41,813 nt of DNA from contig JBDRBN010000043.1 of NCBI GenBank assembly GCA_043822785.1, forward strand, positions 1-41,813. Direction: 5' to 3'. Shown piece after piece: positions 7,375-16,140 of this stretch. The translations under genes and the position numbers were made by a program. The notes below the pieces were generated by a model, which did no database searches, had not been told where the DNA came from, and was given only the letters and a program-made list of their open reading frames with translations. The DNA comes from Pseudomonadota bacterium. GTDB lineage: Bacteria; UBA10199; 2-02-FULL-44-16; JAAZCA01. Every line of letters begins with the position of its first letter. Position 1 is the first letter of the stretch.

Positions 7375-8391
7375 TTACTGGTCACTGATTACTATCCTAT
7401 ATTCCCCCTCCCCATCTACTTCTACAGTGATGTGACCATCTGCTACTGTCGGACCTTCGCTCATTAGCGAGCCGCGCTCGGTTTGATATACTGTGATGCC
7501 TGAATTTATGAGTCTATCGATCACGGACGGATGCGGATGAAAGTAGTCGTTTTCATCGCCGACTGAGATAATCGCCACTTCAGGTGTCGTAGTAGAAAGA
7601 AAAGTCTCATTTGTGTTTGTATCGCTGCCATGATGCGCAACCCTTAGTACGTCAATATCGCCAACAAGCGGTGCAAGCCCAGTCTCTATATCTGGGGTCT
7701 GATAAGGAGGGGATCCTCCGCCGCCGGTAACATCGCCTGGTATGAGCATCCTAAACCCCGCATAGTCGATCAGAAGTACAATGCTTTTTGCGTTTTCGTC
7801 CGGCGGATCGCCTGCATCAATGGTTTCTCCATTTGCAAGGCGAGCGCCTGCTGCCACAACCTCCATATGCACATCCCCAAAGTTAAACTGGTCGCCGGCA
7901 TAAACGGTTTGTCTGATATCAGCGAATTCCTGTTCGATCCAATCGGGCAGGGCGCCTGCTGCATCGCTTGGCATTTCTCCATGATCATATATTCCTCCTT
8001 TTATTTTTATATCGTCATCAGTTCCAAATTCCCCATCAGCGCCCAAAAGCACCTCGGCAAGTCCTCCGGTATGATCATTGTGAAAATGGGTGAGCACTAC
8101 GTGTGTGATCTCATCGATGCCAAAAGACTCAAAGAAGGGAAAAATCACATCCGCACCTGCGCCAGGGGGTCCGGTATCGATGAGCATGGTTTGACCATCA
8201 GGCGCTTCAATGAATGTGCAGTCGCCTTGCCCTACATCAAGGGCAGTGATGCGCAATGAAGTGGAGTTTGCAGGCGCATTTAGACCCCCTGTTGGCGCAG
8301 GAAGTTTTGATTCTATGTTGCGATCAAAATCCGGCACGCTTCCACATGAACAAATTAGAGCGAGTGTAATGAGTAGTACCAGTCTTCTCAT
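7375..8391 (-). CDS. Lipoprotein with ComEC/Rec2-like metallo-beta-lactamase-fold hydrolase domain (possible nuclease)
   Basis: Signal peptide with lipobox (ICSC); DVGQGD, LIDTG, THFHNDHTGG, GD, HHGS and HP motifs; no membrane competence domain. Confidence 0.8.
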   Translation of the reverse strand: MRRLVLLITLALICSCGSVPDFDRNIESKLPAPTGGLNAPANSTSLRITALDVGQGDCTFIEAPDGQTMLIDTGPPGAGADVIFPFFESFGIDEITHVVLTHFHNDHTGGLAEVLLGADGEFGTDDDIKIKGGIYDHGEMPSDAAGALPDWIEQEFADIRQTVYAGDQFNFGDVHMEVVAAGARLANGETIDAGDPPDENAKSIVLLIDYAGFRMLIPGDVTGGGGSPPYQTPDIETGLAPLVGDIDVLRVAHHGSDTNTNETFLSTTTPEVAIISVGDENDYFHPHPSVIDRLINSGITVYQTERGSLMSEGPTVADGHITVEVDGEGEYRIVISDQ

Positions 8392-8403
8392 ATCGCTTGC
8401 ATT

Positions 8404-8419
8404 TGCATGGATGATGCCA
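8404..8419 (-). promoter_or_regulatory. sigma54 (-24/-12) promoter, minus strand
   Basis: TGGCATCATCCATGCA on minus strand: GG-N10-GC. Confidence 0.5.
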
Positions 8420-8537
8420 AGAAAAAGGCACGGTAATTTATGTGGATTGAAATAATCTGGTGTACAAAAACGATGCAGTGAGTACGCAAATGCTACAGTT
8501 TCAAAAATAAAACATCATAGATTTAATGGAAAAATGA

Positions 8538-8553
8538 TGGCACAGAGTTTGCT
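8538..8553 (+). promoter_or_regulatory. sigma54 (-24/-12) promoter
   Basis: TGGCACAGAGTTTGCT, near-consensus TGGCAC-N5-TTGCW. Confidence 0.72.
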
Positions 8554-8565
8554 TTATCATCATAC

Positions 8566-9252
8566 GTGCGAGTTCACATTTTGCTGACATTGCTTTTTAT
8601 TCTTGTTGGCAACGCTGCATCAGCTGCACAGTGCGCAAACATAATGCTTCCGCCTGTGCTAGAAGTACAGCGTCAGGCCATAAAGCACGCACAATATGAT
8701 CTTGCGCAGATCACATCAATGAAAAAGCAATCTAGGCTAGCTGCTTTGGTGCCCAGGCTGCAGGTGGATTTTGGCAAGAGGATGCGTGACAACATAGATA
8801 TCGATATTAACGACAATGTATATGTTGGCGCCAGCGGCATTGTGGTGGGGCCAGAGGATGGCAAATATTCAAACGGCTATACTTCAGACATAAGCATAGG
8901 CGTTAGGGCCGTGTGGGAGCTGGGCGAGGCCATCTTCAATCCCCGTGCGCTCGCCGTATCTGCTGAAGCAAGGCACGTTGCACAAGCGCGAAATGTTCTG
9001 CTTGCAGACGTAAATCACCATTATTTCAACGTTGAAGGTTTTCCTGCCGAGATTGGGTTTCTCAAAGAGCTTAAACAGAGCACCAAGAATGCCGAAAAAA
9101 TAGAACATAAGATCCTTATGCGGCAGGTCGCGTGCAAGGAATCGTCGGCAGCCCTTGATGCACTGACCGGCGGGTGGTGGAGCAATGCTATAGATAAAGA
9201 CGCGAAGCTCTGCGATTTGTCATCGCGAGGAGCCGAGCGCTCAACGCCTTGA
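8566..9252 (+). CDS. Secreted hypothetical protein (helix/beta-hairpin pattern loosely reminiscent of a TolC-like half repeat)
   Basis: Signal peptide ending ASA-A; LVPRLQVDF...VRAVWELG pattern; function not recognisable. Confidence 0.6.
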   Translation: MRVHILLTLLFILVGNAASAAQCANIMLPPVLEVQRQAIKHAQYDLAQITSMKKQSRLAALVPRLQVDFGKRMRDNIDIDINDNVYVGASGIVVGPEDGKYSNGYTSDISIGVRAVWELGEAIFNPRALAVSAEARHVAQARNVLLADVNHHYFNVEGFPAEIGFLKELKQSTKNAEKIEHKILMRQVACKESSAALDALTGGWWSNAIDKDAKLCDLSSRGAERSTP

Positions 9253-9328
9253 GTGCTCGGCGACGTGGCGATCTCCCCAAAATACTTGATAGCATGAGAT
9301 TGCTTCGGGCTTCGCCCTCGCAATGACA
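9218..9328. repeat. REP/RPE-like palindromic element
   Basis: Terminal inverted repeats TGTCATCGCGAGG / CCTCGCAATGACA; inner hairpin GCCGAGCGCTCAA-CGCC-TTGAGTGCTCGGC; GCGATCTC/GAGATTGC pair. Confidence 0.75.
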
Positions 9329-9352
9329 TTTCGGAAATCAGGAGGTGAAAGA

Positions 9353-10414
9353 ATGTATTTCCTTATCTCTATCATAATGCTGGCTATGTTCTTGGCAGGG
9401 TGTGGCATGCAGGGGATTGGACAGTTCGATTCGCTTATATCAATGCAGCCGCAAGTGCTGTCGGTTACTCCTGCAGATGGGCAGAGCGCTACTGCTGACA
9501 CATCCGTAACTGTAGAATTTTCGCGCTCAATCGATCCGGCTAGCGTGAATGAAAGCACGCTAGCCATCATCAAGCCCGAAGATCCTGATGAAGATATAGA
9601 GGGGATAGCAGATGATGTTGAAGATGGCGATGTAAGGGGCATTGAGGGATTCTATGAATTTAAAGACGAATCTCGCATAGCCGTGTTTCGCGCAAAACAG
9701 TCGTTTGAAAAGGGCGCCACATATATACTTGTTGCTTCCAGTCAAATTCTAAGCCCAGACCTTCTGCCTCTGAATCAAAATCCAGGAAGTGCACCTAAAC
9801 CTTTTTTCAGCACGTTCACCGTAATGGCTGATGGGCAAGGGCAGGGGCAAGGGGAAGTGCAAGGGCAGGGGGAAGGTGAGGCAGAGGTTAAAAGGATTCG
9901 ACCAACCCATCTAATTATAAATGAAATCCTCTATGATGCTGTCGGAACTGATACTGATGGGGACGTGTTTGTGGAACTTTTAGGCGAGGCAGGTGGCGAC
10001 ATTACAGGTTACAAGCTCGTATTCGTAAATGGGGAAGACGGAATAATAAAGGATGATATTGAGATGCCTGAAGATGCAGTTATAGGCGACGATGAAATTT
10101 TTCTCATAGCTGATGCAAAGACCGGCATGCCGGATATAAGCAATGTGGAGCATGCGGATTTTATAAAAAACTTTGATCCGCAAAACGGCCCTGATTGCGT
10201 ACAACTTTTAAACGAGAAAGGGGAGCTTCTCGATGCAATGGGCTATGGTGAGCCAATCCTCGAAGCAGCTGAGAACGGACTAGCATGCTTTGAAGGCGTG
10301 CCTGCTGTGGACGTAGCCTCTGGCCAGAGCCTATCGCGTATAGCTGGGATAGATACCAATGATAATGCTTTTGATTTTGAGGTATTGGAAGTTCCTACCC
10401 CCGGATCCAAGTGA
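9353..10414 (+). CDS. Acidic lipoprotein with Ig-like (Big_5) and lamin-tail-like domains
   Basis: SD AGGAGG at 9340; lipobox LAGC; SVTPADG..VTVEFSRSID; GQ-repeat linker; IINEILYD..FVEL..DTNDNAFDF..PTPG. Confidence 0.75.
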   Translation: MYFLISIIMLAMFLAGCGMQGIGQFDSLISMQPQVLSVTPADGQSATADTSVTVEFSRSIDPASVNESTLAIIKPEDPDEDIEGIADDVEDGDVRGIEGFYEFKDESRIAVFRAKQSFEKGATYILVASSQILSPDLLPLNQNPGSAPKPFFSTFTVMADGQGQGQGEVQGQGEGEAEVKRIRPTHLIINEILYDAVGTDTDGDVFVELLGEAGGDITGYKLVFVNGEDGIIKDDIEMPEDAVIGDDEIFLIADAKTGMPDISNVEHADFIKNFDPQNGPDCVQLLNEKGELLDAMGYGEPILEAAENGLACFEGVPAVDVASGQSLSRIAGIDTNDNAFDFEVLEVPTPGSK

Positions 10415-10520
10415 CGCAACGCGAAGTCAACTATTTGACGTAAAAATTACCATAATGATAGAAAATGAGGTTATCTCTCCTTATTTTTGTCCTTAAGACC
10501 CTTTATACACTATTTCTCGA

Positions 10521-10536
10521 TGGAACGATAATTGCT
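10521..10536 (+). promoter_or_regulatory. sigma54 (-24/-12) promoter
   Basis: TGGAACGATAATTGCT (GG-N10-GC) about 50 nt upstream of 10585. Confidence 0.55.
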
Positions 10537-10584
10537 ATTACATGGTTTGAAGTGTCCTTTTATATCTAAAAGGAGATCAAAACT

Positions 10585-12345
10585 ATGAAAAACAGGATAT
10601 TAGCCATCCTATTGATCTTCACAGCAAGCCTGGCCTTTTATGGCCTTGGATGTAAAGGCGGGCCTGGCGTAAGCCCTGGCGAGGTTGGCATGGAAGGGGT
10701 TGAGGGTGTAGAGGGCCAAGGAGCTGTTGCTGAAGATCTAACACTACCCACGATAAGCCAGATAATACCTCCAGATCGCTCAAGCATAAGCAAATCACAA
10801 GAAATCGTGGTCAAGTTTTCAAAGACCATGGATCCGGCCACGCTTGTTCTTGATGGATCTATGGCCAGCGAGAGTGAAGGTGGTGTATGGTCATCGAGCG
10901 AAAACGAGAACGATACCTTGACTATAAGCCCCAAGTCCACTTGGCCACTTGGCATGGCTACTTTGTCAGTTACTTGTAATGATTCGTCAGGAAATCCTTC
11001 ACCCAAAACTGAACTAAATTACGCAGTTCATGTGGTGTTTGTTAAAGTAGGCGAAACCGGCGATGGCACCATGGACAGCCCCATGGGAAACATAAACGAT
11101 GCCATAACCCAGGCCATAAACACATGGCCAATACCTTCAGAGGTTCATGTTGCGCACGGAGTTTATGAGGTTTTATCAGGCACCTCACACATCATACTTG
11201 AAGAAGGCGTTTCTATCTTAGGTGGCTTTACTGCCGAGAATTGGGCAGCAAGAGATCCCTCCACGAATACCACGATAATCAAGGATACGGGCTCAACAGG
11301 TGGGGGCCAATTCGATCCGAATTGCGCTTTAGAAGCTGCATTCGGAATCACGGCCGATACGGTGATAGATGGTTTTAAAATCATTGGGGGAAGCGGTGAT
11401 TATTCATCTGCCATCTGCAGTCATGATAACACAGGGCCTACGATTGCTAATAATATTATAGAAGGGGGCAGCGGAACAAAGATTGCAATAGGCATATTCA
11501 TGATCAAAAGCTCGTCAAAAATACATAATAACACTATTTTCGGCACAAGCGGCAATACAAAAATTGGCATAGGCATAATGAACTACACTAACAGTGCAAC
11601 CGAAATTTTTGATAATACGATTAGCGGTGTCAGTGGAACTGATCTCTGCGTTGCAATTTTTAATATTAAGAGCTCGCCTAAGATATATAATAATAAATTA
11701 GAGGGATGCACAGCAAAGGCAGTTTGCGGCATTACAAATGTCGAATCTAGTTCACCTATGATATATAATAACATTATAGATGCGGGGATCGGCACGAATC
11801 AAAGCTCTGGCATCACAGCAACGAAAAGTTCGCCAAAGATCTATAACAATACAATAGATGGAGGTCTTGCAAATGAAAGCTACGGCATTCGTATTTTTGA
11901 CGACGGCCATCCGCATATTATTAACAACATAATTTTTACATCAGGCGGTGCAAAGAGATACGGAATATACGAATATGCATCAAGCAGCGATCCTGCAGAA
12001 CTAAAGAACAACGACGTGTTCGATTGTCCTACAGCTTTGTATTATGATGATGAGTCGGGTAAAGGTCTGAAATGGTTCGGCCCATGTATAGTCTGCTGTC
12101 CTTCATTCAGCAGTTCACCACCCCTACCCTGTAATGACGTGCTAACAACACCTGGTGGCGCTAATAATGTTGGCAACTTCTCCATGGATCCCAAGTTTGA
12201 GGGTCCAGACGACTGGCATCTATCGGCAACTTCGCCCAAAGAGGTAACAAAAGGCGGCCTTGATCTTTCAGCTGAGTTCAATACAGACAAAGACGGAGAT
12301 CCCAGAACACCCCCATGGTCAATAGGCGCGTATGAATACGATTAA
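10585..12345 (+). CDS. Lipoprotein: Ig-like domain plus right-handed parallel beta-helix with C-terminal GAYE motif
   Basis: Lipobox GLGC; VKFSKTMD Ig domain; repeated PKIYNNxI; C-terminal DKDGDPR..WSIGAYEYD. Confidence 0.78.
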   Translation: MKNRILAILLIFTASLAFYGLGCKGGPGVSPGEVGMEGVEGVEGQGAVAEDLTLPTISQIIPPDRSSISKSQEIVVKFSKTMDPATLVLDGSMASESEGGVWSSSENENDTLTISPKSTWPLGMATLSVTCNDSSGNPSPKTELNYAVHVVFVKVGETGDGTMDSPMGNINDAITQAINTWPIPSEVHVAHGVYEVLSGTSHIILEEGVSILGGFTAENWAARDPSTNTTIIKDTGSTGGGQFDPNCALEAAFGITADTVIDGFKIIGGSGDYSSAICSHDNTGPTIANNIIEGGSGTKIAIGIFMIKSSSKIHNNTIFGTSGNTKIGIGIMNYTNSATEIFDNTISGVSGTDLCVAIFNIKSSPKIYNNKLEGCTAKAVCGITNVESSSPMIYNNIIDAGIGTNQSSGITATKSSPKIYNNTIDGGLANESYGIRIFDDGHPHIINNIIFTSGGAKRYGIYEYASSSDPAELKNNDVFDCPTALYYDDESGKGLKWFGPCIVCCPSFSSSPPLPCNDVLTTPGGANNVGNFSMDPKFEGPDDWHLSATSPKEVTKGGLDLSAEFNTDKDGDPRTPPWSIGAYEYD

Positions 12346-12401
12346 AGGCGAGAAAAACGAAACAGGCGAGAAATGCCAGCAAGGTGTAAGGAGGTAATTA
12401 T

Positions 12402-13853
12402 ATGAAAGACTCAGCATTGTTTAGAGGTCTTCTTGTTGGCACATTAATCATTGTGCTAGGCATCGGCTTTGCTGGGCTTGGATGCAAAAAAGGTGCAGAG
12501 GAGGTAAGCGCACCTTCTGACATCACCATAGAAGAAGGCAAGGTGCCTGAAGAAGTTGAGATAACTGAAGAAGGCGAGGTGCCTGAAGCAGTTGTGGCTG
12601 CAGATGAATTTGGAGAGCAGGTTGTATATGTTAGCGAAGGTGGCACAGGAGCGGGAACTAGAGATGATCCTATGGGTGTTATTAACAAAGCCATAGATCA
12701 TGCCCAATCGACTTGGCCAGAGAAACCCTCAAGTGTTCTCGTTGCAGAGGGCACTTATCAGGTTTTATCTGGCAGCACACATGTTTGGATTAGCGAAGGC
12801 GTATCCATATATGGTGGTTTTTCAAAGGATTGGATGAAGCGAGATCCTTCTGTTTATATCACCAGTATCAAAGATACTAGTACATCAGGTGGCAGCTGGG
12901 ATAGCCCGAATCGTGCTGTGGAAGCGGGTAGCAGTGTAACAGATGCGACCGTAATAGATGGATTTAAGATTGAGGGAAGTGGAGGCGGAGCAACTATAGT
13001 GTCTGCTATATTCAATCATGATGGCGCAAAGCTTACTATCTCGAATAACATGATAAATGGAGGTAGTGGCTCGCTTGCTAGTATGGCTATCTTTAATTTT
13101 AAGAATAGCCCTGTCACAATAAAAAATAACACAATAGATGGAGGCAATGGATCAGCACATAGTCTTGGCGTTTATAGTCGAGAGAATAGCGCAGCGAAGA
13201 TACACAGCAACGCGATTAATGGAGGGAAAGGAAAATATTCTAATGGCATTGAGAACAGCTCTGGCAGCTCAAGCATTATATTCAATAACACGATAGATGC
13301 TGGTGATGGAATAGACGTTTGTCATGGTATAGCCAATTTAAGTAGCTCACCCAAGATCTATAACAATACGATAAATGGAGGCGGCTGTTCAGGATGGAGC
13401 CATGGCATCTATAATGCTAAAGGAACCGCAAGTTTTATTGGAAGTTCACCCTTGATAGCTAACAATATAATTTTTACATCCGCGGGTAGTGATGGTTATG
13501 GAATATATGAGAATGGTACCACGGATGATGCTGCCGAAGTAAAGTACAATGATTTTTTTAACTGTCCCACAGCGCTATATCATGATCATGATCAAGGAAA
13601 AGATTTTACAGCCATTTGCCCTGGCGGAAACTTTGGAATTCTTGCGTGTGGCGATACGCTGAACAGCCCTGTTGGTGAGGGTAATGTTGCTATGGATCCA
13701 AAGTTTGTTGGACCCAATGACTGGCACCTCACAAACTTATCGCCGACAACTGTAACAAAAGGCGGCCTTGATCTTTCAGCTGAGTTCAACACAGACAAAG
13801 ACGGAGATCCCAGAGAAGCCCCTTGGTCCATGGGTGCGTATGAATACGATTAA
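12402..13853 (+). CDS. Lipoprotein, right-handed beta-helix; tandem paralog of 10585..12345 without the Ig domain
   Basis: Lipobox GLGC; VAEGTY, SIYGGF, VIDGFKI, repeated IxNNxI; near-identical C-terminus. Confidence 0.78.
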   Translation: MKDSALFRGLLVGTLIIVLGIGFAGLGCKKGAEEVSAPSDITIEEGKVPEEVEITEEGEVPEAVVAADEFGEQVVYVSEGGTGAGTRDDPMGVINKAIDHAQSTWPEKPSSVLVAEGTYQVLSGSTHVWISEGVSIYGGFSKDWMKRDPSVYITSIKDTSTSGGSWDSPNRAVEAGSSVTDATVIDGFKIEGSGGGATIVSAIFNHDGAKLTISNNMINGGSGSLASMAIFNFKNSPVTIKNNTIDGGNGSAHSLGVYSRENSAAKIHSNAINGGKGKYSNGIENSSGSSSIIFNNTIDAGDGIDVCHGIANLSSSPKIYNNTINGGGCSGWSHGIYNAKGTASFIGSSPLIANNIIFTSAGSDGYGIYENGTTDDAAEVKYNDFFNCPTALYHDHDQGKDFTAICPGGNFGILACGDTLNSPVGEGNVAMDPKFVGPNDWHLTNLSPTTVTKGGLDLSAEFNTDKDGDPREAPWSMGAYEYD

Positions 13854-13956
13854 AGGCGAGACACGCGAGAAAAGTGAGAAACGCCAGCAACGCGAGAAAC
13901 GTAACTACTTGATATGCTTTGAATCTGCCGTAGGTGTTGCACTTCGTTATTGAACT

Positions 13957-14063
13957 GGGGTTTGGAATTTGGTGCTTGCCCGCCACTAAAACACGGCGGG
14001 TTCGCCCACAAGTTGTTTTAGTGGCAGTCCGCCGACGATTTAGTGGCGGAGAATTTGGAATTT
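13957..14063. repeat. Heptamer array arm interrupted by nested GC-rich hairpins
   Basis: TTTGGAATTTGGTGCTTG, then CCCGCC..GGCGGG, GCCACTAAAACA/TGTTTTAGTGGC and TCCGCC..GGCGGA, then GAATTTGGAATTT. Confidence 0.65.
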
Positions 14064-14142
14064 TTTCTAGATTATCCTTGCACGAGCATATCATTTATAT
14101 ATAGTGCACTCTGTTTTTGGCTAGCGCGAGTTGTACGAGAAG

Positions 14143-14169
14143 TGGGCCCGTTGGGACCCATTTTTTTTT
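14143..14169 (+). promoter_or_regulatory. Terminator/attenuator-like hairpin in the rimP-nusA leader
   Basis: TGGGCCC-GTT-GGGACCCA followed by T9, just before the rimP start. Candidate promoter TTGCAC-N16-TATAGT at 14078-14105. Confidence 0.5.
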
Positions 14170-14173
14170 AGGT

Positions 14174-14665
14174 ATGAGCACGGATATGGATATAAAAGAT
14201 ATAGAGACAAAGGCCGAAGAGCTCGTTAAACCCGTTCTTGATAACTTAGGCTATGGGCTTGTGGCCTGCGATTTCATCAATGAATCCGGGCAGTGGATCT
14301 TAAGGCTTTACATAGACAAGGATGGCGGTGTTAGCATTGATGATTGCGCTCGCGCTTCACACGGGGTAGAAGATCTCCTCGCGGTAGAGGATATTGTGCC
14401 TGTAAGATACAATCTTGAGGTTTCATCGCCTGGCATATTTCGTCCTCTTAAGAAGAGGGAAGATTTTGAGCGCTACATGGGCGAGCGTGCCAGGATAAAG
14501 ACCCTGCATCCAATCGATGGCCGCAGCAATTTTAAAGGGCAACTTGCTGGCCTTGAGGGCAATGAGATCATCATGATCATCGATGACGAGCGCTATAGGA
14601 TACCTCTTTCAGAGGTAAACAAAGCAAAGTTAGAACCACAGGAAATTACGGCTGCAAAGCATTGA
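14174..14665 (+). CDS. rimP: Ribosome maturation factor RimP
   Basis: LRLYIDKDGGVSIDDC, YNLEVSSPG; upstream of nusA. Confidence 0.95.
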   Translation: MSTDMDIKDIETKAEELVKPVLDNLGYGLVACDFINESGQWILRLYIDKDGGVSIDDCARASHGVEDLLAVEDIVPVRYNLEVSSPGIFRPLKKREDFERYMGERARIKTLHPIDGRSNFKGQLAGLEGNEIIMIIDDERYRIPLSEVNKAKLEPQEITAAKH

Positions 14666-14719
14666 TTATGGCAAGCAACGCCAGTAACGCGAGAAACGAG
14701 ATATGAGGAGGAAAGAACA

Positions 14720-16129
14720 ATGAAAGCAGGAATGTTTCAGGAACTTGGCCGCGTGCTTGACCAAGTGAGCAGGGACAAGGGCATACCCAAGGAGATGCTC
14801 ATAGAGGCAATCGAAACCGCATTTCTTACGGCTGCGCGCAAGAAATGGGGCCACCTGGGAGATCTCGAAGCGCACTTTAACGAGGAAAACGGCGAGATAG
14901 AGCTCTTCCAGTTCAAGACAGCGGTTTCCAATATCGAAGATGAGAACGTGCAGATGAGCATGGATCAGGCACGTCAGCTCGATCCAGACGCGGAAGAGGG
15001 CGACAGCCTTGGCGTAAAGATGGATCCTTCTGTATTTGGACGAATTGCCGCTCAAACAGCCAAGCAGGTTATCATACAGAAGGTGCGCGAAGCTGAGCGC
15101 AACATTATATACGAGGAGTTCAAGGGCAGACTCGGCGAGCTCATCACGGGTATTGTGCGTCGTTTTGAGAAGGGCGACATGGTTGTAGATCTCGGCCGTA
15201 CCGAGGCGGTTATGCCCAAGCAAGAACAGGTGCCAGGTGAAAGCTACAGGGCAGGCGATAGGCTACAAGGCTTTTTCCTGCGCATCGACAAAGAAGGAAA
15301 GGGCCCGCCTATAGTTCTCTCAAGACGAAACATCGGGCTGCTCGTCGCCCTTTTCACCATGGAGGTTCCAGAGATTGCAGAAGGCATTGTCGAGATCAGA
15401 GCTGCTGCACGCGAACCGGGCGTGCGTTCCAAGATTGCGGTTTCTTCCAACGATGCTGATGTAGATCCGGTAGGAGCATGTGTTGGAATCAAAGGCTCGC
15501 GCGTGCAGGGCGTGGTGGGCGAGCTCAAAGGCGAAAAGATCGATATCGTCGCATGGGACAATGAACCAGCGCGCTTTGTATGCAATGCGCTGGCACCGGC
15601 CGAGGTCATAAAGGTTATCATCCGCGATAGGGAACATGCCATGGAAGTCGTGGTGCCAGACGATCAGCTTTCGCTCGCCATTGGAAGAAGGGGACAGAAC
15701 GTAAGGCTTGCAGCCCAGCTTACCGGCTGGAACATAGACGTATATAGCGAAACCAAGATAGAACAGGTAGCTAGCAGGGCTCGCTGCGTGCTGACTGATA
15801 TTTTGGGAATTGACGATAGCACTGCATTGATACTCTACTCCCATTCCTTCCGCAGCTTTGAGGACATAGCGGCTGTTGATCTAGACCAGTTCAAAGAGGT
15901 GCCGGCAATTGGTGAGGAGATGCTCAAAGAGCTTTATGAAAAGGCAAAGGCTGCTTCGGAAAAGGGTCTTTCAACCCAGCAGATGATAGCTGACATAATA
16001 AAGGAAGAAGAGGAGCGCGCCCGCGAAGAAGCAACTTTAGCCAAAGCTGCTTTGGAGGCTGAACAAGCGGCAGCGGCGCAAGAGGAAGTTGAGAAAGAAC
16101 CAGAGGCTGAAGCCGAAACTACAGAGTAA
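14720..16129 (+). CDS. nusA: Transcription termination/antitermination factor NusA
   Basis: FGRIAAQTAKQVI, S1/KH domains, AIGRRGQNVRLA. Confidence 0.97.
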   Translation: MKAGMFQELGRVLDQVSRDKGIPKEMLIEAIETAFLTAARKKWGHLGDLEAHFNEENGEIELFQFKTAVSNIEDENVQMSMDQARQLDPDAEEGDSLGVKMDPSVFGRIAAQTAKQVIIQKVREAERNIIYEEFKGRLGELITGIVRRFEKGDMVVDLGRTEAVMPKQEQVPGESYRAGDRLQGFFLRIDKEGKGPPIVLSRRNIGLLVALFTMEVPEIAEGIVEIRAAAREPGVRSKIAVSSNDADVDPVGACVGIKGSRVQGVVGELKGEKIDIVAWDNEPARFVCNALAPAEVIKVIIRDREHAMEVVVPDDQLSLAIGRRGQNVRLAAQLTGWNIDVYSETKIEQVASRARCVLTDILGIDDSTALILYSHSFRSFEDIAAVDLDQFKEVPAIGEEMLKELYEKAKAASEKGLSTQQMIADIIKEEEERAREEATLAKAALEAEQAAAAQEEVEKEPEAEAETTE

Positions 16130-16140
16130 GGAAGGTTCGC

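Noticed and set aside
7375..8391. Calling the gene comEC
   Set aside because: Only the soluble MBL domain on a lipoprotein signal is present; the membrane competence channel domain is absent.
12244..13861. DGR template/variable repeat pair
   Set aside because: Mismatches are not confined to adenines, both copies are coding ends of paralogs, and there is no reverse transcriptase in the window.
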